Positions 58,863 to 64,000 of a stretch of 64,000 nt of DNA are shown here, in pieces (within the stretch, counting starts at the first letter, position 1; each line of letters begins with the position of its first letter). The notes under the pieces were generated by a model that was given only the letters and a program-made list of their open reading frames with translations, did no database searches and was not told the origin of the DNA. This DNA is from an uncultured delta proteobacterium (GTDB lineage: Bacteria > Desulfobacterota > Binatia > Binatales > Binataceae), in contig CAWCDG010000006.1 of assembly GCA_963794325.1 (NCBI GenBank), forward strand, positions 64,001 through 128,000. Direction: 5' to 3'. The translations under genes and the position numbers were made by a program.

Positions 58863-59992
58863 ATTTGCGCCGACTGCTCGCCATCTCGCGCAAGGAAGTA
58901 TTCCAGGTGCTGCGCGATTCACGCAGCCTGCTGATCGTTCTGCTGATGCCGCTGATGCTCATGTCGGTGCTGGGTTACGGGGTCAATCTCGACACCAAGC
59001 ACATCAGGGTGTTCGCGTTCGATCAGGAAGGGAGCCAGGCGAGCCAGGATCTCCTCAAGCGCTTTCAGTCTTCCGAGTATTTCGATCTGGCCGCCACGGT
59101 CACCGACTATCGTGCCCTTGCGAGCGCGCTCGACGATGGCCGATGTCAGCTCGCGATTGTCATTCCGTACGACTTTTCCGCGCGCCTGCATGACGGACGG
59201 CCGGTGAACATACAAGCGCTGGTTGACGGATCCGACAACAACACCGCTGAGCTCGCGATCGGATATGCGCAAGGCGTGATCGCCTCTTATGGCGCTGTCG
59301 TTCAGGCCGAGTATCTGCGCAAGTCCCACGCGCCCAGTGTGAATCCAGTACTGTCGGTCGAAACCCGCACCTGGTTCAACGAGGATCTCGAAAGCAAAAA
59401 CTTCATCGTACCGGGGGTCGCCGCGATCGTGATGGCGGTGGTCGGAGTGCTGCTCACCTCGCTGACCGTCGCGCGCGAATGGGAACGCGGCACCATGGAG
59501 CAACTGATTTCGACTCCCGTGACTTCGCTGGAGATCATCATCGGCAAGCTGCTCCCCTACTTCGCGCTCGGCATGTTCGATACGGCGGTGTGCGCGGCGA
59601 TCGCGGTCTGGTGGTTCGAGGTTCCATTTCGCGGTTCGCTGATCGCGCTGTCGGTCGGATCAGGAATTTACCTGATCGCAATTCTGGGGCTCGGATTCTG
59701 GATCTCGGTCGCCACGAAGCAACAACTCGCCGCGAGCCAGATTGGTTTAGTGACTGCCTTTCTTCCGTCATTCCTGCTGTCGGGATTCACTTTCCCGATC
59801 AACCAGATGCCTCTTGGCGTGCAGCCTTTCACCTACCTAATCGCGGCGCGTTACTACATCGTCATTCTCAAGAGTGTATTTCTGCGAGGCACCGGTCTCG
59901 GCTTTCTCGCCGGGCCTTTGATTGCACTCGTCATCTATGCGTCGGCCATGGTGTTCCTGGCAAAACGATCGTTTCACAAGTCGCTGGGGTGA
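58859..59992 (+). CDS. ABC-2 permease (YbhS-like)
   Basis: KE..Q..RD.R, REWERGTMEQL and LLSGF.FPI motifs. Confidence 0.9.
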   Translation: MNLRRLLAISRKEVFQVLRDSRSLLIVLLMPLMLMSVLGYGVNLDTKHIRVFAFDQEGSQASQDLLKRFQSSEYFDLAATVTDYRALASALDDGRCQLAIVIPYDFSARLHDGRPVNIQALVDGSDNNTAELAIGYAQGVIASYGAVVQAEYLRKSHAPSVNPVLSVETRTWFNEDLESKNFIVPGVAAIVMAVVGVLLTSLTVAREWERGTMEQLISTPVTSLEIIIGKLLPYFALGMFDTAVCAAIAVWWFEVPFRGSLIALSVGSGIYLIAILGLGFWISVATKQQLAASQIGLVTAFLPSFLLSGFTFPINQMPLGVQPFTYLIAARYYIVILKSVFLRGTGLGFLAGPLIALVIYASAMVFLAKRSFHKSLG

Positions 59993-60002
59993 GGAAACTG
60001 AC

Positions 60003-61136
60003 GTGATCGAACGGCTGCGCCAGATGCTCCTCAAGGAGTTCATTCATCTCTTTCGCGACAAGCAGGCCCGATTTTCGCTACTCGTGCCGCCGCTGTTGCA
60101 GATGCTGATATTCGGGTACGCAGCGGGCTACGAAGTGAATCGGGTTTCGACCGCGGTCCTCGACCTGGATCACAGCCAGGAGAGTCGCGAGTTTCTGGAG
60201 CGCTTCAGCGCGAGCAGCCGCTTCCAGATGCGCGATGTTCTGCAAAATGAATCGCAAATCCAATCGCTGCTTGATCATCGGCGCGTGGTACTCGTAATTC
60301 AGATTCAGCCGGGCTTCGCCGAGTTGCTGCGCAAGGGCGATACCGCACCGGTACAGGCCGTGCTCGACGGCACCGATTCGAACACGGCGTTAATCGCGGT
60401 CGGATACATCAATCAGATCGCGGCGCGATTTGCCCAGGACTATCAATTGCAACTCGCAGAACGGATGAAACCGACGCTGGCGACCTTCGCACCGAGCATC
60501 ACGATCCAGCAGCGTCCGTGGTACAACGCCAACCTCGAGAGCCGATGGTTTTTCGTGCCCGGGGTGATCGGAACCCTGGTCCTGGTGTCGGTGATGACGC
60601 TGACGTCGTTCGCCGTGGTGCGAGAGCGCGAGATCGGCACGCTCGAACAATTGATGGTCACGCCGATCAGCCCGACCGAATTGATCGTCGGCAAGACCCT
60701 GCCGTTTTTGCTGGTTGGTCTTGGCAACGTGGTGTTTGTGGGAATCCTCGGGAGCTTGTGGTTTGAGGTTCCGTTTCGCGGGAATGTTTTCGTTCTGCTG
60801 CTCGGCACGACGCTGTTCCTGTCGAGCGCGCTCGGCGTCGGCCTGCTGATTTCCACGGTCTGCCAGACCCAACAGCAGGCTTTTGCGATCTCGTTCTTTT
60901 ACATCACGCCGGCGATCATGCTGTCCGGCTTTGGCTATCCGATCAGCAGCATGCCGACGGCGCTGCAATGGTTTACCCATCTCGACGCGCTGCGCTTCTA
61001 TCTTGTCGTGCTACGCGGGACGTTCATCAAAGGGGTCGGACTGAACGTGCTATGGCCGCAGATGATTGCGATGGCGATCCTCGGAGCGGGGACCCTCACA
61101 CTCGCAACGCTAAGATTCCACAAGACCCTCGACTGA
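60003..61136 (+). CDS. ABC-2 permease (YbhR-like)
   Basis: KEF...FRD, REREIGTLEQL and MLSGF..PI motifs. Confidence 0.9.
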   Translation: MIERLRQMLLKEFIHLFRDKQARFSLLVPPLLQMLIFGYAAGYEVNRVSTAVLDLDHSQESREFLERFSASSRFQMRDVLQNESQIQSLLDHRRVVLVIQIQPGFAELLRKGDTAPVQAVLDGTDSNTALIAVGYINQIAARFAQDYQLQLAERMKPTLATFAPSITIQQRPWYNANLESRWFFVPGVIGTLVLVSVMTLTSFAVVREREIGTLEQLMVTPISPTELIVGKTLPFLLVGLGNVVFVGILGSLWFEVPFRGNVFVLLLGTTLFLSSALGVGLLISTVCQTQQQAFAISFFYITPAIMLSGFGYPISSMPTALQWFTHLDALRFYLVVLRGTFIKGVGLNVLWPQMIAMAILGAGTLTLATLRFHKTLD

Positions 61137-61139
61137 CCT

Positions 61140-63407
61140 TCACATAGGCGGTCGGGCAGGAGGCGGCTGGCCGTTGGCGACGGTCGTCTGATCGGCATTC
61201 TTAACGCCGAACTTTCTGATCACCTGCGCGAGTTTCGCGGGCGTCGCGACGGGAGTGGAGCACGCAGTTCCCGCGCATACGAAAGCAAGCGGAGCATTCT
61301 TCGCCGCGCTCGATTCGAACATCGCGCGCGCCGCCGCCGGCATCGCGCTACGATTTGATCCGATCCGCATCACGACTTTTCCTGGACGATAACTTGCGAG
61401 CGCCATTCTCCACAAAGCTGCGGCGCGCGCGTCGCCAGGGCCCCCGCCCGCAATCGCGATCGTGGCCTGGCCGTTTGCGCGATAATCCAGCGCAAGTCCC
61501 GTCGTCGCGACCACGGTGCTCAGCATCGATCCCGCCATCGCGGGCGCACTCGCCATCATTTCGTTTGCGGTCTTCGAATAATTGTCGTCGCCGGTGATCA
61601 GTGCGAGCTTCACTGCCGCAATCGCCATCGTCGCTTGCACTGACGGCGTCGGCATATCGAAGAACACCTGCGCGCTCGCCGACGATTGTCCAATCACGGT
61701 GCTCGCATCCTCGGAGTCGCGGTTGATCAACAAGTTCGAGCCGTCGGCGCGGAAATTCTTCACGATGTTCGCAGCGAGATTGCGCGCCTCGGCGAGATAT
61801 TTCTCATCGGCTGAGAATTGATAAGCGTCGACGAGCGCATTGAGCAGGTAAACCTGGTCACTGGCGAGACCGGGCACCTGCGCGCGTCCTTCGGACCAGA
61901 CGTGGAAAAAACTACCGTCGGGCGCGCGCATATGCGCGAGGATGAAATCCAGATCGTCGAGAGCGGTGCGTTGAAGACTCGAGTCATCAAGCGCTGCGGA
62001 CGCCGTCAGATACGCGTCTGCCATCAGCGCGTTCCGATCGGTCATCACTGCGTGATCGACCGGTGGTGATTTGCGACGAGCACGCACCGCGAGCATCGCG
62101 TCAGATGCTTTGGCGATTTTCTCGCGCGCCACTTCCACCGGGATCTTCAGCTTGGCGGCCAGTTGATCGGGGGTCATCGCGCGTCTCAGCACGATTCGTC
62201 CGTCGGGCGATCGCGCGGGTGCGTTTTCCATTCCGTAAAATAATATCGCGATGCGCGCGTCGTCAGGCGGCAGCGCACGCTTCACTTCCGCGACAGTCCA
62301 CGTGTAGTAGCTGCCGTCGTCGCCCTTGAACGAATCGGCGTCCTGATGCGAGTAGAAGGCGTGCGTCTTTGGGTCGAGCAGTTCGCGATTCACGTACGCG
62401 ACGAGCAATTTCGCGACCCGTGCGAAGTCCGGGTCACCACTCGCTTCGTACGCGTCGCTGTAGGCGTGCAAGGCCATCGCGTTGTCGTAGCCGAGCTTTT
62501 CGAAATGCGGGACGCGCCAATGCGGGTCCGTCGAGTAGCGATGAAATCCGCCGCCAAGTTGATCGAGCACCCCGCCGGCGGCGATTTTCTTCAGGGTGTC
62601 GAGCGCCATCGCGGTGTATTCGGGATGCTGGTAAAAGCCATGCGCGAGTGCGAGCTCGAGCGCGGGGAAATCGTAAAATCGCGGGCCGGGTCCCGATGAG
62701 AATCCGCCGGACTCGCGATCGTACGACGCCGCCAGTCCGGCGAGAATTTGTGCGCGCAGGCCTTCGAGTCCTCCTTGTACCACTGCGTTCTGACTCGACG
62801 CGGATTTGATCTTCGCCGCAGTTGCCTCCGCCTCTTTTTCGAGTCCGACACGATCTGACGCGTACACCTGCGAGATTTTTTTCAGCAGCGGAAGCATCGA
62901 CGAGTTTTCTCCGCCGCTGCCGTTCGGTCGGCTGCCGGGCCGCGGTGGCAGGTAACCCGCCGCGAAGAACAGCGCGCCATCGGGTGTGGTGAAGCAGGTC
63001 AGCGGCCATCCGCCGGCGCCGGTCAGTTGCGCGGCCGCATTCTGATAGTAGTCGTCGAGGTCGGGACGCTCGTCGGTATCGACCTTCACCGGCACGAAGT
63101 CGCCGTTCAGCGCGGCCGTAACTTCGGGGTCGGCGTAGGTTGTCGCGTCCATCACGTGGCACCAGTGACACCACACCGCGCCGATGTCGATCATGATTGG
63201 ACGATTCAGCGACCGCGCCAGCGCGAGTGTCCGGGGATTCCAGGGCTGCCATCGAATCGCACTCGACGACGCCTCGCGCAGGTACATGCTGGGCGCGGAC
63301 TTGAGTGCGCCGGCGGGAAGCGCATTCGCAGAATCAACCGCAAAACCGGCACGCGAACTCAAGATGCAAACGATCGCGATTGTTGCAAGAATTGTTCGCG
63401 TTGACAT
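61140..63407 (-). CDS. Exported thioredoxin-domain YyaL/SSP411 (DUF255) protein
   Basis: WCHWCHVM, KVD.DERPD, GGWPLT and GGGFHRYSTD..W.VPHFEK motifs; signal peptide. Confidence 0.9.
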   Translation of the reverse strand: MSTRTILATIAIVCILSSRAGFAVDSANALPAGALKSAPSMYLREASSSAIRWQPWNPRTLALARSLNRPIMIDIGAVWCHWCHVMDATTYADPEVTAALNGDFVPVKVDTDERPDLDDYYQNAAAQLTGAGGWPLTCFTTPDGALFFAAGYLPPRPGSRPNGSGGENSSMLPLLKKISQVYASDRVGLEKEAEATAAKIKSASSQNAVVQGGLEGLRAQILAGLAASYDRESGGFSSGPGPRFYDFPALELALAHGFYQHPEYTAMALDTLKKIAAGGVLDQLGGGFHRYSTDPHWRVPHFEKLGYDNAMALHAYSDAYEASGDPDFARVAKLLVAYVNRELLDPKTHAFYSHQDADSFKGDDGSYYTWTVAEVKRALPPDDARIAILFYGMENAPARSPDGRIVLRRAMTPDQLAAKLKIPVEVAREKIAKASDAMLAVRARRKSPPVDHAVMTDRNALMADAYLTASAALDDSSLQRTALDDLDFILAHMRAPDGSFFHVWSEGRAQVPGLASDQVYLLNALVDAYQFSADEKYLAEARNLAANIVKNFRADGSNLLINRDSEDASTVIGQSSASAQVFFDMPTPSVQATMAIAAVKLALITGDDNYSKTANEMMASAPAMAGSMLSTVVATTGLALDYRANGQATIAIAGGGPGDARAAALWRMALASYRPGKVVMRIGSNRSAMPAAARAMFESSAAKNAPLAFVCAGTACSTPVATPAKLAQVIRKFGVKNADQTTVANGQPPPARPPM

Positions 63408-63444
63408 CCGCCAAGTTGCGCGATAGCTGGACATTGATAAACGC

Positions 63445-64000
63445 ATGAACGCAAGACCAGCAACGCGGCGCCGTCCGCCCCGAACGCACAACCGGCCGGC
63501 GAAAGTCATCCGGATGCCAACTCCCAGAGTGGTACGCCGGCGCCGTGCGATCAAGGCGGGAATTGGATTGCTGGTAATCTCGCTGGTCGCGGCAATAATC
63601 GCGCGCTACTACTTGACGCACTCCGCGCCGCCGTCGCCCGAGAAGGTATCGGGTCTGACGGATCAGGAAACCGAAATTCTTGGGCTGGTGAACCAGCAAC
63701 GAGTACGCAGCGGATTGGCACCGCTGAAATTCTCGGCGCGCCTCGCGGTAGTCGCGCGCGGTCATAGCTACGACATGGCGATGCGCCATTATCTCGCGCA
63801 CAACAGTCCCGACGGGGTCGCGCCCGCGGAGCGAATCAGCGGCGTCGGTATCGGATATCGCGCGGTTGGCGAGAACATCTATATGGACGACGGCGCCGAT
63901 TCCGCGGACGTCCCGCAACGCGCGATGCAAGGTTGGCTGAAGAGCCCCGAGCATCTCGCCAATATTATTTCGAGCAAGTTCACCGAGACCGGCGTCGGGA
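63445..64000 (+). CDS. Membrane-anchored CAP(SCP) domain protein, 3'-truncated by window edge
   Basis: TM segment, then LVNQQR...L.PL...ARGHSYDM...H...GENI...GWLKSPEH..NI. Confidence 0.88.
   Translation, partial: MNARPATRRRPPRTHNRPAKVIRMPTPRVVRRRRAIKAGIGLLVISLVAAIIARYYLTHSAPPSPEKVSGLTDQETEILGLVNQQRVRSGLAPLKFSARLAVVARGHSYDMAMRHYLAHNSPDGVAPAERISGVGIGYRAVGENIYMDDGADSADVPQRAMQGWLKSPEHLANIISSKFTETGVG

Overview
GC-rich bacterial chromosomal window. Gene content and the VGWxLxxPP...DDPRL secreted family suggest Candidatus Binatota/Binataceae or a related deltaproteobacterial-type lineage (inference). It holds about 60 CDS: groES-groEL with a CIRCE, a frameshifted aroF, cyaY, ptsP, tatBC, GH29 and GH15 glycosidases, an ArsA/Get3-like ATPase pair, two orphan Tad minor-pilin cassettes, FHA-TM-CAP proteins, several redox enzymes, and a TetR-HlyD-ABC efflux operon. 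I saw no rRNA, tRNA, CRISPR array or intact transposase/integrase. Most notable non-standard signals: (1) about 14 copies of an AACCTAACCCCTAACCCCTTCCC-N4/5-GGGAAGGGGAAC palindromic repeat, one outward-facing pair of which encloses an internally deleted DUF559-like nuclease gene, suggesting a nuclease-associated REP/MITE-like system; (2) a toxin-antitoxin mini-island flanked by a synonymously recoded duplicate of the ptsP 3' end, with the toxin collapsed by a microhomology deletion; (3) four sigma54 promoters and a shared GTRGC-N6-GCYAC motif linking the Tad cassettes, an atypical receiver and small proteins; (4) FHA-TM-(CAP+Ig-like)n proteins with degenerate FHA domains. Coordinates were counted by eye and may be off by a few bases.
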